Shown here: positions 43,651-53,635 of the stretch, piece after piece
Layout of the letters: every line of letters begins with the position of its first letter
Numbering within the stretch: the stretch's first letter is position 1
Sequence record: NC_041917.1
Strand: one strand, 5' to 3'
DNA: 64,000 bases
Position numbers and translations under genes: made by a program
The notes under the pieces: model-generated
Databases searched by the model: none
Told to the model about the DNA's origin: nothing
What the model saw: only the letters and a program-made list of their open reading frames with translations

Positions 43651-44691
43651 ATGTTAGCTTTCAAATCAGATAAAACCAGCCTCCTTGACCTGAGTGTAGA
43701 AGAAATTCGTCGTTTAGCATGGCGTCATATGGATTTCAGCGACTTCGAAGATGAAATCAATGATAAGAAATTTCTTATCCGTATGCGTCTTGCGGATAAA
43801 AATATGTTCTCTTATATTCTGACACGTGATGAAGTATGTTTCTTAAACAAAGAAACTATTGGATTCATGTTAGAATCATTGGGTTCTGATTTCACTGAAG
43901 AAGTGAATGCAAACATGTTCAGGGATAATGCTCAATACCCAATCGAGTTTCTTGAGCGTTATAACCGTAATATCCCCATGTACCATGTTGAGAATCAGAA
44001 GTGCATCACTCCTGAATTCTTGTCTAAGTACAAGAATCGCATGGATCTCAGTAACTTCTGGAGCCGTTTCAGCCGTAACCAAGATGTTAGTACTTATGCA
44101 GTTTGGGCTAACTATAACGATGGTGAATTCCGTTCTGATATGGAAGAATACTGTGTAACTCGTTACTATACAGCGGCTCAACTTGCTTCTTGCGGTATGA
44201 CAGCACCTGAATACTACAATAACATCATGAATGAACAGCGTGTTATGTCAGGTGATCCATGTTCTGATGGTCAACGTTCTTATGCTATCTGGTTGCGTAA
44301 ATATCGTCGCACTTTCAAAGATGAAACGGGTTATCCAACATGGGATCAACTGCTTCAATTATTTGAACAGCATCCCCGCATGAACAACAATGGTTATATT
44401 GATTGGTTGTTTGATCGTGCAGTTCGTCACGATGATGAATATATTTCTGAATATCGTGAAACTCTGGAAATTGGTGAAGTGTCTGAACGTGCTTACGCAA
44501 ATGAAACTGGTGAGACACCAGACGGCGAAGCAGTAGATGTTGAAGAAGGTTGTCAGTGTGATTCATGTGTAGCGGATCGTGAACGTGCTCGCCAACGTCA
44601 ATCACAAGAAGCACCTATCGATCTTTCAGAAGCAGTGACTGTAGCAATGTCACCAATGACTTCAGAAGTTCGTCAACCAACCGAAAGCTAA
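43651..44691 (+). CDS. helical repeat protein
   Basis: VENQKCITPEFLSKY. Confidence 0.75.
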   Translation: MLAFKSDKTSLLDLSVEEIRRLAWRHMDFSDFEDEINDKKFLIRMRLADKNMFSYILTRDEVCFLNKETIGFMLESLGSDFTEEVNANMFRDNAQYPIEFLERYNRNIPMYHVENQKCITPEFLSKYKNRMDLSNFWSRFSRNQDVSTYAVWANYNDGEFRSDMEEYCVTRYYTAAQLASCGMTAPEYYNNIMNEQRVMSGDPCSDGQRSYAIWLRKYRRTFKDETGYPTWDQLLQLFEQHPRMNNNGYIDWLFDRAVRHDDEYISEYRETLEIGEVSERAYANETGETPDGEAVDVEEGCQCDSCVADRERARQRQSQEAPIDLSEAVTVAMSPMTSEVRQPTES

Positions 44692-44761
44692 TATAATTTT
44701 AGTACTTAATAATGCCGAACAAGTTGTTCGGCATTTTCTTTTTTATCAAAGGTAAACTTTA

Positions 44762-45286
44762 ATGACAACAATTATTGTTACACGTAATACTAATATTGGT
44801 TCTATCAATGAACTTATTGAACTTATTAATAAACATGGTTCAGAAAATGTAACTATCAAAAGTATGTATAACCTTCTAAGTTCATCCAATTGCTCAGTAC
44901 AGGAACTTTATAATCTACTACAAGTACTTAATAGTGAATCAGCAGGGGTTCTGATTAACAACATCCTTGATGACAATCGACTATACAATAAAGTACTAGA
45001 AAATTCAGAGTTCACTGAAACACAAATCAATGAACACTTATATGACATTGCTGTTGCAAAGAAAGCACACATTCAGAATGTCCGTACCTCAACTACTATT
45101 GAACAATTGAACAAATTGGCTGAAGCGAATATTGCACCATTGTATTACGTGGAAGTACTACCTGTTATTGATCTTCCATTCATTCAAAAATATGGTGAAC
45201 AAATGGATTTATTGGGCGTAGTTCGTAATTCACGTAACCCTGCTGTAGTTGCTTTTGCACAAAACCTATTGAATAATAAGGAATAA
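44762..45286 (+). CDS. helical repeat protein
   Basis: IDLPFIQKYGEQMD. Confidence 0.7.
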   Translation: MTTIIVTRNTNIGSINELIELINKHGSENVTIKSMYNLLSSSNCSVQELYNLLQVLNSESAGVLINNILDDNRLYNKVLENSEFTETQINEHLYDIAVAKKAHIQNVRTSTTIEQLNKLAEANIAPLYYVEVLPVIDLPFIQKYGEQMDLLGVVRNSRNPAVVAFAQNLLNNKE

Positions 45287-45289
45287 TAA

Positions 45290-46090
45290 ATGTTTAATAT
45301 TTCAGTTAAATCTAATGTTGAATTAGATGAAGTTATCAAAGATATTGGATCATACACGTTTGATCGTGAAGTAATTACCAAAGAAGTTTTCGTATCAATG
45401 GTAGAAAAGTTGAATCCTACAGACTATCGTCGGTTATATTATAATAATGTACTTGAACATTTTACGGCGAACTGTGGTCAGATTGATGATGAAATTGCAC
45501 AAGTACTACTATCTGGAAACATTGATCTAGATTCAGTAGTTGGTTGTACTAAACTATCACCAGAAATGATTGTAGATATTTTGACTAATCATTTGGACGA
45601 ACTATCCCCATCAGTTATGATTGAAGCACAACACATCAGTACTGAACAATTGGATTTATTACTTAATAGTGAAGACCATGAATTAGATGTGTATTCTTTA
45701 GGTGAAGCAATTGGTACATCTGGTAATGTTGAACTGGCTAAGCATGTTGTTATGAATTGGGATAAGTTTGACAACCTAGATGATATTGATAGTTTCCGTA
45801 CTGAACTATTCAATGGTTTCGGTTCAGTTATGATTGATCATGATGATGAGCTTATTATCTTTGGTCTTAATCGCCCAAGTATGTGTGCTGAAGAACTACG
45901 TGAACATGAACCATGTTCGGAAGGTTGGAAACGTGTTCTAAAATGGACACCACGAAATGGTCAATCATATACTTGGAATTCATTTATTGCATTCCACCTT
46001 CTTGCAAACCAAGACGATCTTGATAATGCTAAATCAGATTTAACATGGTTAGCAGAAGTAGTTGCAGATGATAATTCATACTTTTATTAA
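45290..46090 (+). CDS. acidic repeat protein
   Basis: C-terminal ELREHEPCSEGW..TW shared with 50361..51161. Confidence 0.7.
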   Translation: MFNISVKSNVELDEVIKDIGSYTFDREVITKEVFVSMVEKLNPTDYRRLYYNNVLEHFTANCGQIDDEIAQVLLSGNIDLDSVVGCTKLSPEMIVDILTNHLDELSPSVMIEAQHISTEQLDLLLNSEDHELDVYSLGEAIGTSGNVELAKHVVMNWDKFDNLDDIDSFRTELFNGFGSVMIDHDDELIIFGLNRPSMCAEELREHEPCSEGWKRVLKWTPRNGQSYTWNSFIAFHLLANQDDLDNAKSDLTWLAEVVADDNSYFY

Positions 46091-46155
46091 AATCTGCTTG
46101 ACTTATGAACAATTGATGTAGTACTATGGACTCTCACATTAGAAGGGAGTCCATA

Positions 46156-46668
46156 ATGATTAAGTTAGAGTTCAATTCAGAACCAGTGGTAGCGTATCGC
46201 AACACTTGCTGCATGTGCTGTGGAATACCACAAGTGTCGAACCAGCACTTTTTAAAACCCAATGGGAAGCCTGTACAGGTCACTAGTGACCATGTGCTGC
46301 TGAAGTCGTTGGGTGGCTCAGCTAAGGCCGAAAACCTCGTGGTGATGTGCTACGATTGCAATCAGTTGAGGGCAAATCTCTTTGCTGAACTGGAACAGTT
46401 TATTGATTGGTATTGGAGTGGAAAAGAACTACCAACTGAAAAAAACTTCAGTTATATAAAAGATAATCCTAAGTACAAACGTAATTACCGATTCACATTT
46501 GAAACTCCAGAGAAGCATGTAACACACAAGACACCATCTAGTACTGGTGTTGTGCTGCCAAGCAAAAATACATCAGTACCCCTAAATGTTATTGTAATGA
46601 ATGGTGTTAAGTATCAAGAATACAAACATCCTTTATTTGGTAACAGCCTAATTAAGATAGAGGATTAA
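46156..46668 (+). CDS. HNH endonuclease family protein
   Basis: CMCC ... TSDHVLLKSLGG..ENLVVMCYDCNQLR. Confidence 0.8.
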   Translation: MIKLEFNSEPVVAYRNTCCMCCGIPQVSNQHFLKPNGKPVQVTSDHVLLKSLGGSAKAENLVVMCYDCNQLRANLFAELEQFIDWYWSGKELPTEKNFSYIKDNPKYKRNYRFTFETPEKHVTHKTPSSTGVVLPSKNTSVPLNVIVMNGVKYQEYKHPLFGNSLIKIED

Positions 46669-46671
46669 AAT

Positions 46672-46908
46672 ATGACTTTTGATATATTCATGGTTATGGT
46701 TATTATCTTTGTTCCATCCATATTTTGTTTAGTACGTTATCCAAATGAAATTGTAAAGATTTTCGTACTGAACTTTGTATTGGGTTATTTGTGGGTAATG
46801 CATCCACCTGTGTACGGTTGGTTAAATGGTGCATTTCATTTCTTAGCATGGATCGGTTGGTTCATGTTACTTGATACAGATAATAATCTGAAAAAGGAAT
46901 CCAAATGA
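46672..46908 (+). CDS. Imm-like superinfection immunity membrane protein
   Basis: FVPSIF..IFVLNFVLG..WIGW resembles the T4 Imm family. Confidence 0.45.
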   Translation: MTFDIFMVMVIIFVPSIFCLVRYPNEIVKIFVLNFVLGYLWVMHPPVYGWLNGAFHFLAWIGWFMLLDTDNNLKKESK

Positions 46909-47234
46909 CATTATTCGGATTTGTAGTAGGTACTACATTGATAAACACATTGTTTTTATTTGATGTGTATGTAACTAAGTACAGCCAACGTATGTCTCTT
47001 TGGGGAAGTACTATGGCAGTAGTACTACAACAAAGTGGATTGTTCAAATTAGTTCCAATCATTACTCTTTTAAATTTATGGGTGATTGGTATGTTATTCA
47101 GTGGTGGTGTTACATTTGTACAATTCATTGTAAGTATTGCATTCTGGTGCTGGTTCATGCTATTATATGTTTCCAGTACTTTCATGTATTATAAATGGGG
47201 TATTGATAAGATTCCTAATCCAAATAAGAAATAA
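46905..47234 (+). CDS. membrane protein
   Basis: hydrophobic throughout. Confidence 0.7.
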   Translation: MTLFGFVVGTTLINTLFLFDVYVTKYSQRMSLWGSTMAVVLQQSGLFKLVPIITLLNLWVIGMLFSGGVTFVQFIVSIAFWCWFMLLYVSSTFMYYKWGIDKIPNPNKK

Positions 47235-47285
47235 CAAAACGGGATGCTTAGGCGTCCCTTTTTTATTTGACAGAAAGAGGCAATT

Positions 47286-47540
47286 ATGTTAAAGTACAAA
47301 ATAATTCTTAAAGGTTTACAACCTAAGCAGGATGATTATATTGTAGAAGAATTGTTCATTTGTGCAGAAACTGAAATTCAAATTGAAGCATTAATTGCTG
47401 ATGCAATATATGAACTTCGAAATCAGAAGAAGTACTATAAGATGAAATATGTATCTAAGGAATTGTGCAATGACGATGAAAAGTGTGTATGCGGAGTTGA
47501 ACAGGTACAAAGCGAATTGGAAAACCCGTCAGGACGTTAA
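47286..47540 (+). CDS. hypothetical protein
   Basis: GAGG RBS. Confidence 0.6.
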   Translation: MLKYKIILKGLQPKQDDYIVEELFICAETEIQIEALIADAIYELRNQKKYYKMKYVSKELCNDDEKCVCGVEQVQSELENPSGR

Positions 47541-47730
47541 TAGTTCTTGTACAAGGATTTTAAATAAACTTACTCAAATGCGTAGTTTACGTAGAAAAGA
47601 ATTAGCAAAAGCAAGTACTGAAGCTGAAAAGACAGTAGTACATAAAAAATATGACAATCAAATTAAGTTTTATGATTTTCTGTTATATACTATTAAATTA
47701 GAATATTATGAAATTGTGGGTAAGCTATGA
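47449..47730 (+). CDS. hypothetical protein (start uncertain)
   Basis: ORF track. Confidence 0.5.
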   Translation: MYLRNCAMTMKSVYAELNRYKANWKTRQDVNSSCTRILNKLTQMRSLRRKELAKASTEAEKTVVHKKYDNQIKFYDFLLYTIKLEYYEIVGKL

Positions 47731-47928
47731 TATACCAAATGATTATACGAGAATTAAATCGTATACGTAACGAAGGTACTGATATTGGTAAAGCAATAAA
47801 GTACTGTACTGAAAATGCATTTGATTTAGTACAAATGCACGATGATGGTAAAACGGTTAATGAATTGGTGAAGATATGTTTAGCACATAAATAAAATTAC
47901 AGGAAATCATTATTATAAGGATATAAAC

Positions 47929-48201
47929 ATGATTCGACCAGATATGAACGTTATTCAACGTTGGAATACCGTTAAGGTTTCTGATCTTCCAGAACTTCTA
48001 AAATCACAGGGATTTAATTTTGTAAAATCTTTTAGTACTGATGAACATAGGATTTTTGTTAGTCAAGATAATTCATTGATGATAATTTTTGAACGTAATG
48101 TAGGGAAAGTGTATAGTACTCGAAATCGTAAACAGTCTTTACATTCATTCACTGTAGTACCAGAAGGTCCAAAGTTAAATCAAATAAAACGTGCTGAATA
48201 A
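47929..48201 (+). CDS. hypothetical protein
   Basis: AAGGA RBS. Confidence 0.7.
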   Translation: MIRPDMNVIQRWNTVKVSDLPELLKSQGFNFVKSFSTDEHRIFVSQDNSLMIIFERNVGKVYSTRNRKQSLHSFTVVPEGPKLNQIKRAE

Positions 48202-48283
48202 AAACAAAAAAGGGGTTGACTTAGGTCAGCCCCTTTGCTATTATACTAGCATTGAAACAGATAACCTTTTAAGTGAGATACTA

Positions 48284-49153
48284 ATGTCTACTCCAACAGT
48301 TAAAAACATTAAATTTAAACCTTCATATGTAATGAATTTCAACACTAATGTTAACGGTATTCGTTTTACCAAAAACGTTGAAAAGGTTATTGAAGTTATG
48401 AAGCGGGATGGTTTAAAGTGTCATTGTTGTGAAGAAAGTTCAGTATTTTTTAAAGTTATTGATAACGATTATATGGCTGCGTTTGTTGATCGTGATGGAC
48501 AACACGTTCGCCTTACGTTAGACCATGATCATTTAGATTCAATGGGTGGTTCCGATACCATTGATAACTTTCACGTTCTTTGTGAGCAATGTAATCTTCT
48601 TCGTGATGATCGTTTTGCCGAGTACAGTACTTTTAAATCATGGTATGATGAAAAGAAATCGTCTGGTAAAAAGATTTGCAAACCAAACATGCGTAACTAT
48701 TCTCGTATAGATTTTGAATACATGATCAAACATCGTTTATCTGAAATCAATTTCAGTGCTGGTGTTCCAGCACCAATGAAAATACAATTGCGTAAGTATG
48801 TATTATCTCACAACAAATTGAGTGGACGCTACACCGCTAGTGCATTAAAGCGTATTAGTTCAAAGCATATGAATAATTTCTTATCTAAACTCGTACATGA
48901 AATTGCAGCTAAGCGAACTAATTCAGATATTCTTACAAATATCAGTACTCTTAATTTCTATCCTAAAGTTACAAAAGGAACAACTTCCAAAGAATTTTTA
49001 GATAAGTTGGATAATAATTTTAAAATGCATTTGAAAAATACCGTTAAAATGTATTCATCTTCAGAAGTACAACAGAAAGTACTTAATGTACATACATCAC
49101 GAACCGGAATCTGGACACGAATTACTGAAGCATTCAAAATACTGTTTTGTTAA
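48284..49153 (+). CDS. HNH domain protein
   Basis: CHCC ... LTLDHDHLDSMGG..DNFHVLCEQCNLLR. Confidence 0.75.
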   Translation: MSTPTVKNIKFKPSYVMNFNTNVNGIRFTKNVEKVIEVMKRDGLKCHCCEESSVFFKVIDNDYMAAFVDRDGQHVRLTLDHDHLDSMGGSDTIDNFHVLCEQCNLLRDDRFAEYSTFKSWYDEKKSSGKKICKPNMRNYSRIDFEYMIKHRLSEINFSAGVPAPMKIQLRKYVLSHNKLSGRYTASALKRISSKHMNNFLSKLVHEIAAKRTNSDILTNISTLNFYPKVTKGTTSKEFLDKLDNNFKMHLKNTVKMYSSSEVQQKVLNVHTSRTGIWTRITEAFKILFC

Positions 49154-49216
49154 AAACAGCTTGACTCCCTTCGGGGAGTCTGGTATACTGTCTTCATCAA
49201 GTGAGGGGAGTAGAAA

Positions 49217-49999
49217 ATGATTGATCGTCGTGAAGTGCTAAAACTGCGTATCGCTGAAAACTTTAATGCTATGATGGATACGCTTGAATGTGTCCTGAAT
49301 CCGTTGAATCCTATTAAGTCAATGACTGTAACAGGTGCGAGTGGTATTGGTAAATCATACAATCTGATTCTGCGTCTTAAAGAAGCTGATGAAACTGGAT
49401 ATTGTAATTTCCATTACCTGAACAGTAAATGTACGACTCTAGGTTTATATGAGGCGTTGTGGAATGCACGTGAAGTTGGGTCAGTACTGTTACTGGATGA
49501 CGTTGACGTTTTCGATACAGAAGATAAGTTGAACTTATTGAAAGCGGCATTGGAAACTGATGAAGAACGTATTATTACTTATATGAGTACTTCACGTCAT
49601 TTGGTTGATAATGATATTCCAACACAATTTGATTTTCGTGGTAAGATTATCTTTATCACGAACAAAGATCTTGTTAAGATCTCTGAATCAAATTCATCTT
49701 TGTCTCCACATGTGGATGCATTGATGACTCGTGGTGTGTTTGTTGATTTGGAAATTCACGACAATGAAAGTATCATGGTTCACATTGAGAACATCATGAA
49801 CAGTACTAACATTGTTGCTAAGTTCGGTATTGATCAAAATGGTGCAACAAGTATTTTAAACTTCATGCTAAAGAATGCTGCGAATCTTCGTAAACCGTCT
49901 TTACGTATGCCTGTTCAGTTAGCAGGGTTGTATATTCAGTATCCTGATAAGTGGGAGATACATGCAACTAAAATGTATGTAAAAACTAAGAAGGTGTAA
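49217..49999 (+). CDS. AAA+/P-loop ATPase
   Basis: Walker A GASGIGKS, Walker B LLLDD. Confidence 0.8.
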   Translation: MIDRREVLKLRIAENFNAMMDTLECVLNPLNPIKSMTVTGASGIGKSYNLILRLKEADETGYCNFHYLNSKCTTLGLYEALWNAREVGSVLLLDDVDVFDTEDKLNLLKAALETDEERIITYMSTSRHLVDNDIPTQFDFRGKIIFITNKDLVKISESNSSLSPHVDALMTRGVFVDLEIHDNESIMVHIENIMNSTNIVAKFGIDQNGATSILNFMLKNAANLRKPSLRMPVQLAGLYIQYPDKWEIHATKMYVKTKKV

Positions 50000-50000
50000 T

Positions 50001-50348
50001 ATGGGTGAAATGTTTTTAAATTATGCATATGTTAATGTGTCATTATGGACAATAGTAGCACTCATTATGTTCGTAGGGTACTGGACTTATGCAGATTATT
50101 ATACTAATCTTTCAAAACAGATACGTGAAGTATTTGCTGCAATTAGTATAGGACAATTCGGGTGTGGTATGTTTTTCTTACTCATCGGTCTTGGTATTGA
50201 AGACGACAAAATGAATGCAGTGAATGTTGGTGTATGTGTGTTCACAGCAATTAGCACTGTTGTTTATTCAGTACTTCTATTTGTATTCTTATCGAAGTAC
50301 TTCGAACAATCACGTAAGTACTTCGGTCGTAAACGAAACAAAATTTAA
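50001..50348 (+). CDS. three-TM membrane protein (paralogue family)
   Basis: ADYY ... RKYF..KR. Confidence 0.7.
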   Translation: MGEMFLNYAYVNVSLWTIVALIMFVGYWTYADYYTNLSKQIREVFAAISIGQFGCGMFFLLIGLGIEDDKMNAVNVGVCVFTAISTVVYSVLLFVFLSKYFEQSRKYFGRKRNKI

Positions 50349-50360
50349 GGGTAATGCAAA

Positions 50361-51161
50361 ATGATTAAACTTATTCTGAACAGTACTAAACTTTCTGATC
50401 TGACTACTGACCAGTTGAAATTTCTTGACTGGAAAGCATTGTCACGCGATGATGTAACTGAATCTGATAATGAATTCGTCGCGGCGAATCTCAATAAATT
50501 CAGTACGAACCTGAAAAAGCATCTGATTACATCAGGACGCATCAATTCGTCAGCACTGGATCATGATCAGTGGATTGCATTCATTCAAGAACACTCGTAC
50601 TACTCAAGTGATATTGACGTATTCAAACACGTTCAACTTCCGTACAGTGTAGTCAACCAACTTCTTACTGATACCAGCCATCGTTACCGTAGCCGTATCG
50701 TAAGTACACAATCATGTGTTCCTATTGAAGTGGCGATTGAACAAGTATCCGCAACTGAAATGAATGATATTCTATTCAGCAATTCAAATCCAGCGATTGT
50801 TGATTTCATTCAAACGCCTGAAGGTGCAGAAGCAGTTAAGAAACGTGGTAAATCATTCTTGAATTCATTACGTTACTTGACCAGTGCTGAAGGTGAACGC
50901 CTTGGTGTGCGAGTTCGCAACCACACAATTAGTGTAGAAGTACTTCGCCGTGCTAATGCATGTGATGATGGTTGTAACTATGCTCGTCGTATTTTGAAAG
51001 AACTTGATCTTCCATCCATTAAATGGGATGATGCAGTACTGCGTATTCGCAATAGTTCTAAACTTCAAGGCCGTCAAGCATTACGTAGTTACATTCAGTG
51101 GATTGTAGAAAGTCGTGATCGTGTTGAATCCGCTGCTGCTCGTGTTGAAGCTCAGGGTTAA
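50361..51161 (+). CDS. helical repeat protein
   Basis: C-terminal VLRRANACDDG..KW. Confidence 0.75.
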   Translation: MIKLILNSTKLSDLTTDQLKFLDWKALSRDDVTESDNEFVAANLNKFSTNLKKHLITSGRINSSALDHDQWIAFIQEHSYYSSDIDVFKHVQLPYSVVNQLLTDTSHRYRSRIVSTQSCVPIEVAIEQVSATEMNDILFSNSNPAIVDFIQTPEGAEAVKKRGKSFLNSLRYLTSAEGERLGVRVRNHTISVEVLRRANACDDGCNYARRILKELDLPSIKWDDAVLRIRNSSKLQGRQALRSYIQWIVESRDRVESAAARVEAQG

Positions 51162-51209
51162 CATCTAATATAAAAAACTCCCTGCGGGGAGTTTTTCTTT
51201 GAGGTTATT

Positions 51210-51554
51210 ATGTCAGAATTTTTCATATACTTATGTAATGGAATATTAATTTCAGAATTCGTTTTCGGTGCATTGATTGCAGTTGGTTGGTTATGTTGTG
51301 CCAATTATTATTTCTACATTGAAGATATTATAACGAATGTAGGAATTGGAATAATCTATCTCTATTTGGGAATATTTGCATTCTTATCAATAGTTCTGTC
51401 TCTCATGGATGGATGGAAAGGATTTACCTTTATATCAATAATTGGAACTATATTGACTGGTATAGTACTAATTGTATGCTTTATTGTTAATGTAGTACCT
51501 ACTGTACTTAAACTCCGTCAGTACTTTGCTAATAAAAGAGGTCGCCGTATATGA
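51210..51554 (+). CDS. three-TM membrane protein (paralogue family)
   Basis: ANYY ... LRQYFANKR. Confidence 0.7.
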   Translation: MSEFFIYLCNGILISEFVFGALIAVGWLCCANYYFYIEDIITNVGIGIIYLYLGIFAFLSIVLSLMDGWKGFTFISIIGTILTGIVLIVCFIVNVVPTVLKLRQYFANKRGRRI

Positions 51555-51913
51555 TAGATTTTATCGCATCTATATTCCAACAGATTGGAATGTATCCACA
51601 TATTTTAAGCATCCCACTATATGCATTCACTATATGCATTGGAATGTTTATAATCGGATGGTTCTTTAGTACTGATTATTATGATAAGATTGCTGAAGAC
51701 TATGACGATGATGATATGCCAGGTATAGTATGTGTGTTATTGATATGTTTACTGACTGTAGCATGGCATGTAGTTAATTACGTATATGGACTAGATAACA
51801 CTTTTAATATAATTAGTAATCTAGTAGCATGGGTAGTGTTCGTTATACCGATTGTATATGGTTCGTTAGATTCATTTCGTCTTAAAATTCGTAAAAAACG
51901 AGGTAAGTCATGA
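51551..51913 (+). CDS. membrane protein (paralogue family)
   Basis: TDYYD ... RLKIRKKR. Confidence 0.7.
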   Translation: MIDFIASIFQQIGMYPHILSIPLYAFTICIGMFIIGWFFSTDYYDKIAEDYDDDDMPGIVCVLLICLLTVAWHVVNYVYGLDNTFNIISNLVAWVVFVIPIVYGSLDSFRLKIRKKRGKS

Positions 51914-52251
51914 GTATTTGGGAATGGGTTGTACAAAATTCTATTGTACTAACTGCACCATTGTTTTTGTATATTACATTGTATGCATTCACAACAATAA
52001 CTTGGTTGTTTGCAACTGATTTTTATGATAGTTTTAAATACAATTACTCAAATAACTTTGGGATGTTTCATACCTTATTGTGGGGAGGATTAGCAACAAT
52101 CCCAATTGGCTACTATTGGACATGGGTTAATCCCTTTACCTTTATAATCAATGGGTATATTTCACTAATACTTATAGTGATTTTTATTGCTAAGATACAT
52201 TCAACAGCCAATTCTATTCACCAGTACTTTCGTTCTAAACGAGGAAAATAA
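51910..52251 (+). CDS. membrane protein (paralogue family)
   Basis: TDFYD ... HQYFRSKR. Confidence 0.7.
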   Translation: MSIWEWVVQNSIVLTAPLFLYITLYAFTTITWLFATDFYDSFKYNYSNNFGMFHTLLWGGLATIPIGYYWTWVNPFTFIINGYISLILIVIFIAKIHSTANSIHQYFRSKRGK

Positions 52252-52583
52252 TGTTAATACCAATTCTTTATACATACAATGTTTTATTCACTGCACTAAT
52301 AGTAGTACTTATTTTAGATTGGTTGTATGCACTGGATAAAATAAATCCAGTACTAGATAAGTGGGTACATGATGAATCTTATCTATTACCAGTGATGGGA
52401 GTTGAAGTTATTGCGTTATTATCATTAATATTTGCACTAATCACTGATTTAAATTTGTTCATGTACTTTAGCCTAGCTTGTTCATTAATGTCCATTGGTA
52501 TTTTACTAATTGGTACATGTGGATATAGTTGTTACATCGTACTTGCTAAGGTACGTCAGTACTTTATTGAACGAAAAGCGTAA
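52251..52583 (+). CDS. membrane protein (paralogue family)
   Basis: VRQYFIERK. Confidence 0.7.
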   Translation: MLIPILYTYNVLFTALIVVLILDWLYALDKINPVLDKWVHDESYLLPVMGVEVIALLSLIFALITDLNLFMYFSLACSLMSIGILLIGTCGYSCYIVLAKVRQYFIERKA

Positions 52584-52649
52584 AATGCCTTGACAGGGGA
52601 GACTTTATCCCCTATAATGTACCCATCAACTGACAGAGAGGAACACAAA

Positions 52650-52943
52650 ATGCAAGAAGATATTATTGTTGAAGTAGCGAAACGTACCATTGTTGAAATC
52701 AAAGAGCAAGTGCTGTCTACCCCGTTTGTAGCTGCACCATTCGCTGTGTATGGTCTAATCGCAAGTTCATTTTTCGCCACGTTTATTTGTATTCTGGCGA
52801 TCATCGGCTTCGTAGCGTACCAAGAGTACAAACAATACGAAGAAGAATTACTTGCTGGTAATCTGGAAGTACCTAACAAGGTAGATCCTATCGAAACTGA
52901 AGTTCAGAAACAGGCCGATACTGAAAGTACGGATCAGAAGTAA
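52650..52943 (+). CDS. membrane protein
   Basis: GAGGA RBS; promoter 52590-52618. Confidence 0.7.
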   Translation: MQEDIIVEVAKRTIVEIKEQVLSTPFVAAPFAVYGLIASSFFATFICILAIIGFVAYQEYKQYEEELLAGNLEVPNKVDPIETEVQKQADTESTDQK

Positions 52944-52998
52944 TTTTCAAAATCCCCTACCGATGTAGGGGATTATTAATTAAGATGAAGGTGCAACA

Positions 52999-53634
52999 AT
53001 GAAGCGTACTAAAAATATTAATCATAAGCGTTTTCGTAAAGTACATAAATTCTGGAAATATAGTGCGTTGTTTGTAGCGATTGGAAGTACTTTCTTCCTA
53101 ACTGCTTGTGATGATTTTCAGGAAGAAAATGTTTCTGTTTATAAAACAATTCAGGATTGTGAAAAAGGTGCAAGTACTCAAGCTGATAAAGATCGTTGTG
53201 CATTAGATTATCAAAATGCATTAGGTCAAGCTGAGAAGGTTGCACCTAAGTATGATTCAAAAGGTTCATGTGAAGAAGAATTTGGTTATGATCAATGTAA
53301 GCCAAGTTCACAAACAGCTTCACATAGTTCAGGTTTTATGTGGTTCCCAATAATGAGTGGTTATAGTTCCTCACATGCGAACTATCCAAGTCAACCATTG
53401 TATTCAAGTTCACGTTATTCATCTCCGATGTATAATAAGTTCGTTGACGCAAAAGGTAATTCGTTTGGGAACTTTACTCATGCAGGTAAAGCAAGTGTAT
53501 CTCGTTCAGCATTAGCACCTAAACCTGCCATGACAACAACTACAACACGTGGTGGATTTGGAAGTACTGTACACGCACAGTCCTCTGCTAAATCTGTTTC
53601 TCATTCATCTGGTGGTCGTAGCTTTGGGGGTTAA
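52999..53634 (+). CDS. ygiB: DUF1190/YgiB-like lipoprotein
   Basis: LTAC lipobox; Cys pattern YKTIQDC..CEEEFG..QC; FPIMSGY; QPLYSS; TTTRGGFG. Confidence 0.75.
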   Translation: MKRTKNINHKRFRKVHKFWKYSALFVAIGSTFFLTACDDFQEENVSVYKTIQDCEKGASTQADKDRCALDYQNALGQAEKVAPKYDSKGSCEEEFGYDQCKPSSQTASHSSGFMWFPIMSGYSSSHANYPSQPLYSSSRYSSPMYNKFVDAKGNSFGNFTHAGKASVSRSALAPKPAMTTTTTRGGFGSTVHAQSSAKSVSHSSGGRSFGG

Positions 53635-53635
53635 T

